From NCBI GenBank assembly GCA_034439715.1, contig JAWXAY010000104.1, positions 1-32,008 on the forward strand: a DNA stretch of 32,008 bases. Direction: 5' to 3'. Of this stretch, positions 20,816-30,151 are shown one piece after another. Within the stretch, counting starts at the first letter, position 1. The number at the start of each line of letters is the position of its first letter. Source of the DNA: Pseudomonadota bacterium (lineage in GTDB: Bacteria; Bdellovibrionota; Bdellovibrionia; Bdellovibrionales; SG-bin7). The notes under the pieces were generated by a model. It searched no databases. It saw nothing but the letters and a program-made list of their open reading frames with translations, and was not told the origin of the DNA. The position numbers and the translations under genes are program-made.

Positions 20816-23413
20816 TTACTTTCCACCAACTAAAGCCTTAAGTACTAAAGTCTGCTCTGTCACCCAACGTTGGACTTCAACAGAACTAGTCTCCAAACTC
20901 GCTTGCTCATTTTTTTCTACTTTCAAAAGTCCATTGATTTTTTCGGCAAGCTCTTTGGCTAAACTATTCCTCTGTTTGACACCCCAAATCGGATTCGCTG
21001 ACCGTGCGGGATTTAAAAGTCCAGTGACGCTTACCCTAATGTCAAAGGGGTAACTCGGCACAGGCAGCCTCACCTCCACTTGCTTGGTAGTCTTAGTGGG
21101 CCCTTCGCCGGTGACTACCCCCACTGTGCCATTGATATAGTGTTCAGAGTCAGAAAATGCATAAGCTCGCACTCTGCTGGCAAAAAGTTCTGCCACCTCA
21201 AAACTCATGTCGGTATCAGCCAGTTGAGGAACTGCCTTTGGTGCCTCTTTGGTTTTTTCTTCACTATTCTGTTTTTGCGCTAATATGTCTATATCTGCTC
21301 GCACCAGATCTTGCTGAAGCTTTGCAAGATAGTCTTTAGACATCCCCTTAATTTTTGCATAGTCGGCTTGAGAAAAATTAAAGCTTTTTCCATTGATGGA
21401 AGTTCCCTTGTCGTAGACACCGCCGGACATTACTTTCTCTACCGCGACCACGGTTTTTTTAGCAAAACCGGGATCAATAACCTTAAAAATCTCACTGAGA
21501 CCACCCACCCGACTTGTCTCTGATGTGACAAATTCTAACTCTTTTGAGCGAATTTCATTACGATAAAAGTCGCTATTAGCTGGAAATAATCTCTCGATAG
21601 AAATGAGATGCCTGGCCTCTGTAAAAATTGCGAAGGCCTCTCGCCGAGGCTCTAATAATCCTAATGCCACATTTTTGCTTTTTCCAATATCTACATTCTC
21701 GACGTCGACAGGATCGTGATTCCCAAAGGGTGTCTTTGCCGTAACAAAATTTTCCATGAATGTGTATGGAAAGATCTCGAGCAGCCGGCCCACACGAAAT
21801 TTAGCAAATTCTAAGGGTCCAATGCCGGCATCATTACGTTGACAATCCTGGTATAACCCAACGTGACCATCAGTACAAAACAAAGTCCTATCCGCCATAG
21901 CTGGCGTTTTATTAAAATAAAGTTTTTCAATCACTTGCTGGTCATACTTAAGAATCTTTTTGGGTTGCGCCACCATATCGCCCGCGATCATGTCTTCTTC
22001 GAGTGCGAGGTAGTCCATCACGCTGGTTGAAGGCACTATTCCCTCGGGGGCTGTTTGAGTTTTTACATAAGACATAAAAACTTCATCACGTTTTTCTATC
22101 AAATAGTTAGCACCAAGGTTACCGGCAAAATTGTGCCTTAAACCCAAAGTATGTCCCACTTCATGAGCGACAATCAAGCGCAAGAAGTCGAGATTGATTT
22201 CCATAATTTCTTTTTCGTTCAAGTCCAAATTTAGCAGTTTTTCGTAGCTTTCAACGAAGGCCTTTTGCCCCTCATAGTCACACAGATGAGACGAAGCAAA
22301 ATTCTTGAGGCCAATTTTTGCCCGAGGCACCGGGGCATCCTGACCTTGTTGCCAGCGGCGCAATATTTGCCTCATCGCCCCCTTACCAATACCTGCAATA
22401 CCCGACGGTAGAAAGATCTGTGCATGTAGGGTCTCACCACTTCGTGGATCAAACTGACCGTCGGCATAAGCAAACCTGGCTGATGACCAATCCATCCACT
22501 GAATTAAGTTGTAATTAATATCCGGAGCTTTCACTTCACGAGGAGCGTCAACCACCTTCAAGACTTCTCGGCCAAAAGCTTTGTTCCAGTAAAGCACACC
22601 ATCCCGTATGGCTTGACGAAATTCTGACGGTGTATTGTGAGAAACTGCATATGTAACAGGTTTTTCGATATCCCATTTGGTGGCGTAAGTAAAAGCTTTG
22701 TCACTATCCTCTATCAGTGGATTTACTTCAAAAAAACCAAAACGATCATAATCGCGACTCTCTGTCGGCACAAATGCTGGATTAGGATGATAAGGCGAAA
22801 GGTAATATTTTACCTCAACAGGTTGAGGCGAGCCCTCATTATTAATTTGCGCAATTTGCCGAATCATAAATTGATTGGTATTAAGAATTTTAACGTCTTC
22901 GAGGTAACTCATAATGACAGGGACCGATTTAAAAACGTTTTTGGATTCATATTTTATTTCTTCGCCGTCGTGAGCCGCCCAATCTTCGGTCACAAAAATC
23001 TGAGACATACCCGCATTAAAATCAAAAGATATAAAATCCCCTTTTTCTTTCAAGATAGGGAACTCTGCCAAGAGAAGGTTTTGTGGCAATGAGTTAGAGC
23101 TGGAGTGGCCTTGAGTTGTCTCTAACATATATATCTTGTTGTTTTTTAATCTAAAAGAAACTACTCGGCTTTTCGTAGAACTAAACTGGGGAGCACCCAC
23201 TTGTGGCGACAGTACTGCCTGCAACAAAAACTCTTTTTCGAGGGAATTTTTTTCGATAAAAACTGCATTATTTTCAAATCCAAAAGAGTCAGATACACTT
23301 TTAGGAGCAGCATGTTCTGGCTTGGGATCAATGTTTTTTCGAAAGTTTCTGTCGCCGCAACCCAAAACAGATAATACCATTAAACCCGATAAAACTAAGC
23401 GCATGTTTGCCAC
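20816..23413 (-). CDS. Metzincin Zn-dependent metalloprotease lipoprotein (DUF5117/DUF4953, EcxA-like)
   Basis: Lipobox VLGC, HEVGHTLGLRHNF (HEXXHXXGXXH), Met-turn SVMDY, DPRSGETL and FCTD; AGGAG RBS before the GTG start. Confidence 0.88.
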   Translation of the reverse strand: MANMRLVLSGLMVLSVLGCGDRNFRKNIDPKPEHAAPKSVSDSFGFENNAVFIEKNSLEKEFLLQAVLSPQVGAPQFSSTKSRVVSFRLKNNKIYMLETTQGHSSSNSLPQNLLLAEFPILKEKGDFISFDFNAGMSQIFVTEDWAAHDGEEIKYESKNVFKSVPVIMSYLEDVKILNTNQFMIRQIAQINNEGSPQPVEVKYYLSPYHPNPAFVPTESRDYDRFGFFEVNPLIEDSDKAFTYATKWDIEKPVTYAVSHNTPSEFRQAIRDGVLYWNKAFGREVLKVVDAPREVKAPDINYNLIQWMDWSSARFAYADGQFDPRSGETLHAQIFLPSGIAGIGKGAMRQILRRWQQGQDAPVPRAKIGLKNFASSHLCDYEGQKAFVESYEKLLNLDLNEKEIMEINLDFLRLIVAHEVGHTLGLRHNFAGNLGANYLIEKRDEVFMSYVKTQTAPEGIVPSTSVMDYLALEEDMIAGDMVAQPKKILKYDQQVIEKLYFNKTPAMADRTLFCTDGHVGLYQDCQRNDAGIGPLEFAKFRVGRLLEIFPYTFMENFVTAKTPFGNHDPVDVENVDIGKSKNVALGLLEPRREAFAIFTEARHLISIERLFPANSDFYRNEIRSKELEFVTSETSRVGGLSEIFKVIDPGFAKKTVVAVEKVMSGGVYDKGTSINGKSFNFSQADYAKIKGMSKDYLAKLQQDLVRADIDILAQKQNSEEKTKEAPKAVPQLADTDMSFEVAELFASRVRAYAFSDSEHYINGTVGVVTGEGPTKTTKQVEVRLPVPSYPFDIRVSVTGLLNPARSANPIWGVKQRNSLAKELAEKINGLLKVEKNEQASLETSSVEVQRWVTEQTLVLKALVGGK

Positions 23414-23443
23414 TGGGATTCTCTCCTATTTAAGACTGAAGAG

Positions 23444-23472
23444 AACTTAACACGAGGCATTTAAAATCTCAA
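23444..23472 (-). promoter_or_regulatory. Candidate sigma70 promoter for the metalloprotease
   Basis: Minus strand TTGAGA-17 nt-TAAGTT with a TG extended -10, 30 nt upstream of the GTG. Confidence 0.5.
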
Positions 23473-23499
23473 GAATCGGGCTCGATATTGAAAAAAAAA

Positions 23500-25764
23500 C
23501 TACTTTTTAGCCCGAATTAAATTGAGTGCGCTTCCCGCTTTAAACCACTTAATTTGCTCGTTATTAAAAGAATGAACCATTTCTATCTTTTCCTCGGCAC
23601 CATCTTTATGAGTAATTATCATTTGTAGTGCCCTGCTCGGCTCTATTCCTGCTAGTCCCATAATGCTGATTCTATCCTCTTCGAGAATGCGGTCAAAGTC
23701 CTGAGGCCGGCCAAAACGGAGCGCTAACACCCCTTGTTTTTTTAAGTTTGTTTCATGAATTCGGGCAAAACTCTTAGCAATAACTACAAGACAACCCAAG
23801 TGTCGGGGCGACATCGCGGCATGCTCACGAGAGCTTCCTTCACCGTAATTTTCATCACCTATAATTACCCACTCCCGACCCTGCTTTTTATAGTTTCTGG
23901 CAACTTTTGAATAAGGTACGTTTTGATCACCATTAGAAATATCTGTCCCCTTGCCAATTTCACCCGTAAAAGCATTTGTGGCGCCCTCAAGTAGATTGTC
24001 AGATATATTGTCTAAGTGCCCGCGAAACTTGAGCCATTTGCCTGCCGGACTAATGTGATCAGTGGTACATTTACCTTTAAGTTTTGCAAGTACTGTCAAA
24101 TTTTTAAAGTCTTCTCCGTCCCAGGCTTTAAAAGGTGTTAGCAATTGCAAGCGATTTGATTGGGGAGCAACCTGTACAGCCACGCCACGACCCTCAGGCT
24201 TTTGGTAGCCCTCTGAATCACGTACAAATCCATTCGCCGGCAATTCCGGAGCCTCGGGCGGGGTCAGTTTTATTTTTTTACCATCGGGAGTGTCGAGGGA
24301 ATCCGTGATGGGATTAAAATCTAATTGACCGGCCAGACCCACAGCCATGACCAGCTCTGGTCCACCGATAAAAGAAAGGGTCTCGTGATTTCCATCATTA
24401 CGGCCCCTAAAATTTCGATTAAAGCTGGTGACGATCGTGTTAATTTCATTTTTTTTGAGATCATCCCTTTGCCATTGACCGATACACGGTCCACACGCAT
24501 TTGCTAAAACCACCGCGCCAACATCGAGCAATGTTTTTAGATGTCCATCGCGTTCAATGGTATGATAAATCTGCGCAGACCCTGGAGACACATAAAATTG
24601 CTGCGGCATTTTTATTCCCGCAGCCAAAGCCTGCTTCGCGATGTTTACTGAACGACCAATGTCTTCATACGAAGAGTTGGTGCATGAACCAATGAGCGCA
24701 GCAGAAAGTTTCATGTTCCAACCGTTAGCCTTGGCTTCTTCTTTAATTTTACTAATGGGGCGCGCCACATCCGGAGAATGAGGGCCCACCAAATAGGGTT
24801 CAAGCCGAGATAAGTCAATTTCAATTACCTCGTCGTAATATTTTGCAGGGTTTTTAAATATATCAGGATCAGCTTTCAAAATATCAGCGTTAGCCTTGGC
24901 AATGTCAGCCAGCTCGCCTCTCTCAGTCACTTTGAGGTAGGCATACATTCGTTCATCATAAGGAAAGACCGAGCAAGTGGCACCCAGTTCAGCACCCATA
25001 TTGGTAATAGTTGCCTTACCTGTGCAACTAATGGATTCACTGCCTTCGCCAAAATATTCAATAATTTTATCAGTGCCACCTTTGCAGGTCAAAATTTCAA
25101 GCAATTTTAAGATGACATCTTTCGAGGAAGTCCAACCCGACATTTTGCCTTTGAGATGTACGCCCACGATTTTAGGATTTTTTACTTCCCACGAAAGTCC
25201 ACTCATAACATCGGCCGCATCAGCGCCACCAACACCTATTGCGAGCATTCCTAAGCCACCAGCATTTGGAGTGTGAGAATCCGTCCCGATCATTAATCCG
25301 CCCGGAAAGGCGTAGTTCTCTAGTATAACCTGGTGAATAATTCCTGCACCCGGCTTCCAAAATCCTAGATTGTAGCGACTGGCTGCCGTAGCTAAAAAAT
25401 TGAAAACTTCTTCGTTCTCTGAAATCGCCACCTTCATGTCTTCTTTAACTCCCGTGCGTGCGCGAATTAAGTGATCACAATGGATGGTTGATGGCACTGC
25501 GGCTTCGTCTTTGCCAGCTAACATAAACTGAAGCACCGCCATTTGTGCCGTGGCATCTTGCATAGCTACGCGGTCCGGAAATAATTGCAAAAAACTTCGA
25601 CCTCGTTCGAGCTCCTGAGTCCCCATGTCCACCAAATGTCCAAACAGAATTTTTTCGGTGAGGTTCATTGGCCGATTTACTTTTTTACGCATTTTTTCGA
25701 TATTTTCGCGCGATTTTTGATAAACTCGCTGCACTAATTCAGGTGTGGTTTCGATGACGCCCAT
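23500..25764 (-). CDS. acnA: Aconitate hydratase, mitochondrial-type
   Basis: DRVAMQDATAQMA, IHCDH, GTDSHTPNAGG, GSCTNSSYED, NACGPCIGQW, CTTDHIS and NYGEGSSREHAA; start re-assigned to ATG 25764 (AGGAG RBS). Confidence 0.93.
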   Translation of the reverse strand: MGVIETTPELVQRVYQKSRENIEKMRKKVNRPMNLTEKILFGHLVDMGTQELERGRSFLQLFPDRVAMQDATAQMAVLQFMLAGKDEAAVPSTIHCDHLIRARTGVKEDMKVAISENEEVFNFLATAASRYNLGFWKPGAGIIHQVILENYAFPGGLMIGTDSHTPNAGGLGMLAIGVGGADAADVMSGLSWEVKNPKIVGVHLKGKMSGWTSSKDVILKLLEILTCKGGTDKIIEYFGEGSESISCTGKATITNMGAELGATCSVFPYDERMYAYLKVTERGELADIAKANADILKADPDIFKNPAKYYDEVIEIDLSRLEPYLVGPHSPDVARPISKIKEEAKANGWNMKLSAALIGSCTNSSYEDIGRSVNIAKQALAAGIKMPQQFYVSPGSAQIYHTIERDGHLKTLLDVGAVVLANACGPCIGQWQRDDLKKNEINTIVTSFNRNFRGRNDGNHETLSFIGGPELVMAVGLAGQLDFNPITDSLDTPDGKKIKLTPPEAPELPANGFVRDSEGYQKPEGRGVAVQVAPQSNRLQLLTPFKAWDGEDFKNLTVLAKLKGKCTTDHISPAGKWLKFRGHLDNISDNLLEGATNAFTGEIGKGTDISNGDQNVPYSKVARNYKKQGREWVIIGDENYGEGSSREHAAMSPRHLGCLVVIAKSFARIHETNLKKQGVLALRFGRPQDFDRILEEDRISIMGLAGIEPSRALQMIITHKDGAEEKIEMVHSFNNEQIKWFKAGSALNLIRAKK

Positions 25765-25771
25765 ATCTCTC

Positions 25772-26935
25772 CTAGAGGTAAATTCCCTTTTCAATTTTTT
25801 CAACAATAATTTTCTCGGGCTTTAAGGGATCTTTGGGGTCGACACTAAAAAAAGCTTGTTGTTCGCAACGAACCTTTTTTTCAATAAGCCACTTCAAAAC
25901 ATTTACTAACGGTTTGTTTTTTTTGTCGTGAAAAAAAGGATCGTTCTCGATCGTATCTCTAGCTTTTTTTAAAGAACGAGCCTCGACAGGGTCTGACTCT
26001 TTAACGGGGTAGCAATGGAGGTCGTACTTTTCGACATCTTCGGGCAATACACCCAAGAATCTAACCGACGGCGCGCTAAAATCTTTATTTCTAATGAGAC
26101 TTGCCGCCGAGCCAGCTTTAAGAGTCCGAAAAATATTTTGAATGGTATAGGCGTCAAGGTCTCCAAAGAAATAAATCGGAACATCAAGTTGTTCTTCAAT
26201 CAGCTTGCACCAGCCGCGTACGCCATTACTGGGCACCCCTTGCGCGCCCATCACGATACAATTATGGCGTTTGGTCATGCCGTTACTAACTAATGTGTTG
26301 GCCGTACCTTCAGATTCTACCACTAAGCAAAACTTTAACTTCTTTTTGGCTTTTAACTTTAAGGCCTGCGGTTTATTTTTTGGCTGAAAAGGCGTCGTTC
26401 CCAGGGTGCTTAAATCTATCACCGCTTTTTCACCATCAGTTAAAGTTTCAGTCACTACTAAATGCTGCGAGTAAGTTTGACCACCACGATCGTTGGCAAA
26501 ACAATTTAGTTCTTCACGGTAAACCTCAAGCATGTCGCCAATAAAATCAATAATGGAATCACTTTCTTCCTGGCCTTCGAAATCAAGCGGTTTTAAGACA
26601 GGCTCGGACTTAACCATACCTTTTGCGATATAGTAGAGCTCCCGCTTTGTATTGACGTTTCCATATTGTAGATTTCTTAAAAGCACCTCAAGCATATACA
26701 CCACACGCGCCATCTTTTGCACTGAAGACACGTTGAGTTCGGTCAAGACCTTTTTTTTTCCAGGCGTGAGGTAACCCACCTTGGGATTATAGAAACTGTT
26801 ATCTAAGCTACACTTAACAGCTTCAAGGACAGGCCTCTGCGAATCCTCGAGATCTGATAACATTGTTTCACAAAGTGTCTTGGCCATTTTGGGAATGTCT
26901 TTTCCGGATTCGCGAATTCTAATCATTTTCGACAT
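25772..26935 (-). CDS. top6A: DNA topoisomerase VI subunit A (Spo11-like)
   Basis: Winged-helix TKRELYY (catalytic Tyr), TOPRIM VVESEG...GAQGVP...FGDLDAY, and C-terminal EQQA. Confidence 0.92.
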   Translation of the reverse strand: MSKMIRIRESGKDIPKMAKTLCETMLSDLEDSQRPVLEAVKCSLDNSFYNPKVGYLTPGKKKVLTELNVSSVQKMARVVYMLEVLLRNLQYGNVNTKRELYYIAKGMVKSEPVLKPLDFEGQEESDSIIDFIGDMLEVYREELNCFANDRGGQTYSQHLVVTETLTDGEKAVIDLSTLGTTPFQPKNKPQALKLKAKKKLKFCLVVESEGTANTLVSNGMTKRHNCIVMGAQGVPSNGVRGWCKLIEEQLDVPIYFFGDLDAYTIQNIFRTLKAGSAASLIRNKDFSAPSVRFLGVLPEDVEKYDLHCYPVKESDPVEARSLKKARDTIENDPFFHDKKNKPLVNVLKWLIEKKVRCEQQAFFSVDPKDPLKPEKIIVEKIEKGIYL

Positions 26936-26938
26936 TTT

Positions 26939-28732
26939 TTATTTCCTTTTGCCTGGAGACGACTTTTTCTCTTTTTTTTCAGCTTTTTTCTTTTTAATTA
27001 CGGCATCTGGTATAGCCTCTGAACCGGCTTCGGGCGCTGGTTCTTGCAAGGGGGTCTGGCCGTTGGCATCGGGTTCTGTCGCAGGCTCAGTCTCCGGTTC
27101 TCCTCCACCAAATTTTTTATTTTCTCGCACTTTAAGTTGGGACAACCGCGTCTGAGCCTCGAGCAATTCACTTTTGGCGTCTTTCGTATCTCGGCCCAGG
27201 ATTTTCTCTAAACCTATTTTGGCTTTTTTAACACGATTTTGCCCGGCCCCGGTAATTCGCGCAAGTCCGTCAATCAGTATTGGGCCAAATTTCTCGATGT
27301 GGAGCATTTTCCTCTCGAGATCAGCCTCACGCATTTCTTTTTTAATATGACGACTTAGTTTTTGCCCGGCTTGCATTAGAGCCAAACGAATTTCTTCAAC
27401 CAACTCTTCGCTCGAATCAATAGTCTCCTTTGAGGCATTTTTAAATTTAATAAAGGGTGATACAATGCTGATAGCAAAAACGTAAGGTCCATAAGGAACA
27501 CTGTCCTTGGGTTGATTAAGACCGTAGGACTTCCAGTTCACGGTTTCGATAGCGCGCGTAATAGCGCAGGCGGATTTATCAAATTGTAGTGGCACCCGAT
27601 TGGCAAAGCGCAACACCTGAATTTGATCTTCTTCAGATCCCCGTTGAATAAAGCGCGCCAGTGCGACCTCGACCACAACCGGTTTAAAATCACAAATTTT
27701 AGGTTTTCGTGCAACCACACTAAAAAAATCAACCTCACCTAAACGATGAATACTTTTGGCTAAGGCCTCTTCTCCCACCGTCAGCACTGACTTCGTGCTG
27801 GGACTTTGAATCTCAGCATCTTGAATTACTTGAAAGGCCTTTTTAAAATCCGCCTCAGAAAGTTTATTGACCGAGGTATCCAGTATTTTTGCTTTAATGC
27901 CCGCTTTTTTAAGCAAGCCAATAGCTTGGTCATTGACTCGAGAAAATCCGGTTTTTAAAAAACTCTTAAGTGAGATATTTCCGAAAAGTCTTGCATGTGT
28001 AATAAACTCTCCGAGTTTCATGGTGTGAGGATGCGGAAGTGTGGCCGCTGGTATTTCGGGATTTTCTTCGGTTACGCGTTTGACTTCGACCCAGTCATTG
28101 TCCATTAATTTATATCGCATGGACAAATGAGGATTTACTAGAATAGTCCCCTCAAGATAAGTGATCAACCCACCATCGCCATTTAATTGAACGCGGCCAT
28201 CGATCTCAAAACTGACCTTTACGCCATGAGTTTTGTCCCAATCAATTGTGTCTTTCTCTCGAATCAAGCCCTTATTGCCTTTAATATCCACATCAATTAG
28301 GGCCTCAAAAGCTTTGCGCATACGTGAAGTTTTACTAATAACTCTGACACCTTTAGCATTCGTCAGCTGTGCCCATGTTACGGCGGCCGAGATACCAATG
28401 CCTTGCTGGCCTCTAGTACATTGGCCTCGCCCAAATTTAGAGCTGGCAAGATATTCGCCAAAAACTTTTGGCAGTAGTTCAGGCTCAATGCCTGGACCAT
28501 TGTCCTCGACCTCTATCAATACTAAATCGGTATTTTTCGAGGCTCCCTTACCTTTTCTCTTAATTAAGATAATCAGCTCAGGAAGGATATTTTCTTGTTC
28601 GCAGGCATCTAAGGAGTTATCCACTGCCTCTTTTAAAGTAGTTAGTACGGCTTTAACGGGTGATGAAAATCCCACTTGCTGCAAATTTTTCGAAAAATAC
28701 TCGGCCGTACTGCTGGAAGTAATTTTGGACAA
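26939..28732 (-). CDS. top6B: DNA topoisomerase VI subunit B
   Basis: AEYFSKN, GHKL motifs KEAVDNSLDA, EDNGPGI and RGQQGIGIS; PHPH; transducer RFANRVPL and WKSYGL; TTG start with AAGGAG RBS. Confidence 0.95.
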   Translation of the reverse strand: MSKITSSSTAEYFSKNLQQVGFSSPVKAVLTTLKEAVDNSLDACEQENILPELIILIKRKGKGASKNTDLVLIEVEDNGPGIEPELLPKVFGEYLASSKFGRGQCTRGQQGIGISAAVTWAQLTNAKGVRVISKTSRMRKAFEALIDVDIKGNKGLIREKDTIDWDKTHGVKVSFEIDGRVQLNGDGGLITYLEGTILVNPHLSMRYKLMDNDWVEVKRVTEENPEIPAATLPHPHTMKLGEFITHARLFGNISLKSFLKTGFSRVNDQAIGLLKKAGIKAKILDTSVNKLSEADFKKAFQVIQDAEIQSPSTKSVLTVGEEALAKSIHRLGEVDFFSVVARKPKICDFKPVVVEVALARFIQRGSEEDQIQVLRFANRVPLQFDKSACAITRAIETVNWKSYGLNQPKDSVPYGPYVFAISIVSPFIKFKNASKETIDSSEELVEEIRLALMQAGQKLSRHIKKEMREADLERKMLHIEKFGPILIDGLARITGAGQNRVKKAKIGLEKILGRDTKDAKSELLEAQTRLSQLKVRENKKFGGGEPETEPATEPDANGQTPLQEPAPEAGSEAIPDAVIKKKKAEKKEKKSSPGKRK

Positions 28733-28811
28733 CTAAATATCTCCTTAATAATACTAGTACTATTTCCTGTATTAGACTAAAAATATCAAGAAGCAGGAGG
28801 CTTAAGGCAAG

Positions 28812-29219
28812 ATGAAAAAAACAATCCTCTCAATTCTATGTTTGCTAACGCTTAGCGCCAATGCTTACTCAGACACTTCAGTCGAGGTTCTTCAGAGGGG
28901 AACTGGACCCAAAGCTAACAATGCCGACCAGCTGCTTATCAATTATCATCTTTGGCTGTTTGACTCAAACAAGGCTGATGGCAAGGGCAAACTTGTAGAG
29001 AAAAACACCAATCGAGGTCAGCCGAGTCGGTTGCTTTTGAAAAAAGAAAAAATTATTGCTGGCCTTTATACGGCCCTCCTCAATCAAGAAACAGGATCAA
29101 AGTTGAAAATCGTTGTGCCCCCTGAACTAGCATACGGCCCGAAAAAAGAGGGCGAAATTCCGGCGAATGCCACACTAGTTTATGAAATGGAAATATTATT
29201 GGTCATGCCGCAAAAGTAG
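28812..29219 (+). CDS. Exported FKBP-type peptidyl-prolyl isomerase-like protein with a divergent active site
   Basis: Signal peptide MKKTILSILCLLTLSANAYS; GTGP, VPPELAYG and IPANATLVYEMEIL. Confidence 0.82.
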   Translation: MKKTILSILCLLTLSANAYSDTSVEVLQRGTGPKANNADQLLINYHLWLFDSNKADGKGKLVEKNTNRGQPSRLLLKKEKIIAGLYTALLNQETGSKLKIVVPPELAYGPKKEGEIPANATLVYEMEILLVMPQK

Positions 29220-29477
29220 TTCCACCGGCGTCTTATATTTTTTTTCGCTGTTACACTTCTTGCAGGCTATAACAATGTTATTCCGGCTTGAAACCCCACC
29301 GCGTGCGAGCGGCACTTTGTGATCCATAGTTAATTCTAATCTCGAGAATTTTTGGTCACAATAATAGCAAATTCCCTCGTTTAACTTTTGCTGCCACCAT
29401 TTGGACAATTTAAGTTCACGAGATTTTTGCCGCTCTTTTTTAATATGCGACTCAGGGGCTGAATTGAAAAATTCCAT
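29196..29477 (-). CDS. Small HNH endonuclease with CxxC zinc pairs
   Basis: CYYC...LTMDHKVPLARGG...NIVIACKKCN. Confidence 0.88.
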   Translation of the reverse strand: MEFFNSAPESHIKKERQKSRELKLSKWWQQKLNEGICYYCDQKFSRLELTMDHKVPLARGGVSSRNNIVIACKKCNSEKKYKTPVELLLRHDQ

Positions 29478-29591
29478 AGCTAACTTACTAACACGTTTAA
29501 AATACCTTTTCCAACTCTAGACTTTAACCAATTGCTCATGATATAAGCTAACAAAAGTCCCTTTTTGAAAATGTTTCACAGGAGAATACCA

Positions 29592-29822
29592 GTGACGTCT
29601 CATTCAATGAAAGAGCGCCTCGAAAAAGCCTACCCCGATGCAACGGTTGAAGTCGAAGATTTAACCGGTACCGAAAATCATTACCAAGTCCGCATTTTTG
29701 CCAAGGCATTTAAAGGCAAACCACTACTCGAGTGTCACCGCGCAGTGATGGGACTTTTTGATCTTGAATTGAAATCTGGAGAAGTCCACGCACTGTCTGT
29801 AAAAACCAAAGCTAAGGAGTAA
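29592..29822 (+). CDS. bolA: BolA/IbaG family protein
   Basis: DLTGTENHY, FKGKPLLECHRAV and VHAL; start re-assigned to GTG 29592 with AGGAG 7 nt upstream. Confidence 0.88.
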   Translation: MTSHSMKERLEKAYPDATVEVEDLTGTENHYQVRIFAKAFKGKPLLECHRAVMGLFDLELKSGEVHALSVKTKAKE

Positions 29823-29825
29823 TTT

Positions 29826-30149
29826 ATGAATGAAACTGTCAAAAAGCGAATCGATGATATGTTAGAAAAGTCACCCGTTTTTGTATTTATGAAAGGCACA
29901 CCTGACTTTCCGATGTGTGGGTTTTCAGCTCGTGCTATTGGAGCTCTAAAAGCCTCCAATGCCCAGTTTGAAACATTCAACGTCTTAGAAGACGAGGAAA
30001 TTAGAGAAGGTGTTAAGCACTACGCTAACTTTCCCACGATTCCTCAGATATATATAAAGAAGCAGTTGGTGGGCGGATCTGATATTATTATGGAGCTTTA
30101 CGAGTCTGGTGAATTGCAAGAAATGGTAAAAACCTCCACAGGACAATAG
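29826..30149 (+). CDS. grxD: Monothiol glutaredoxin Grx4
   Basis: FMKGTPDFPMCGFS, FPTIPQIYI and GGSDI; adjacent to bolA. Confidence 0.95.
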   Translation: MNETVKKRIDDMLEKSPVFVFMKGTPDFPMCGFSARAIGALKASNAQFETFNVLEDEEIREGVKHYANFPTIPQIYIKKQLVGGSDIIMELYESGELQEMVKTSTGQ

Positions 30150-30151
30150 GC

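Noticed and set aside
25765..25806. N-terminal extension of aconitase, or a top6A-aconitase fusion
   Set aside because: The extension overlaps top6A in another frame, and a strong SD precedes ATG 25764.
28749..28765. Short overlapping palindromes (TACTAGTA, TAGTACTA) between top6B and the FKBP gene
   Set aside because: They are 8 bp in AT-rich sequence and expected by chance.
25772..29477. Top6A/Top6B plus HNH as a defence system (Wadjet JetD-like or GHKL-nuclease)
   Set aside because: Both subunits carry canonical Topo VI motifs, there are no SMC/kleisin genes, and the HNH is separated from them by a divergent gene.
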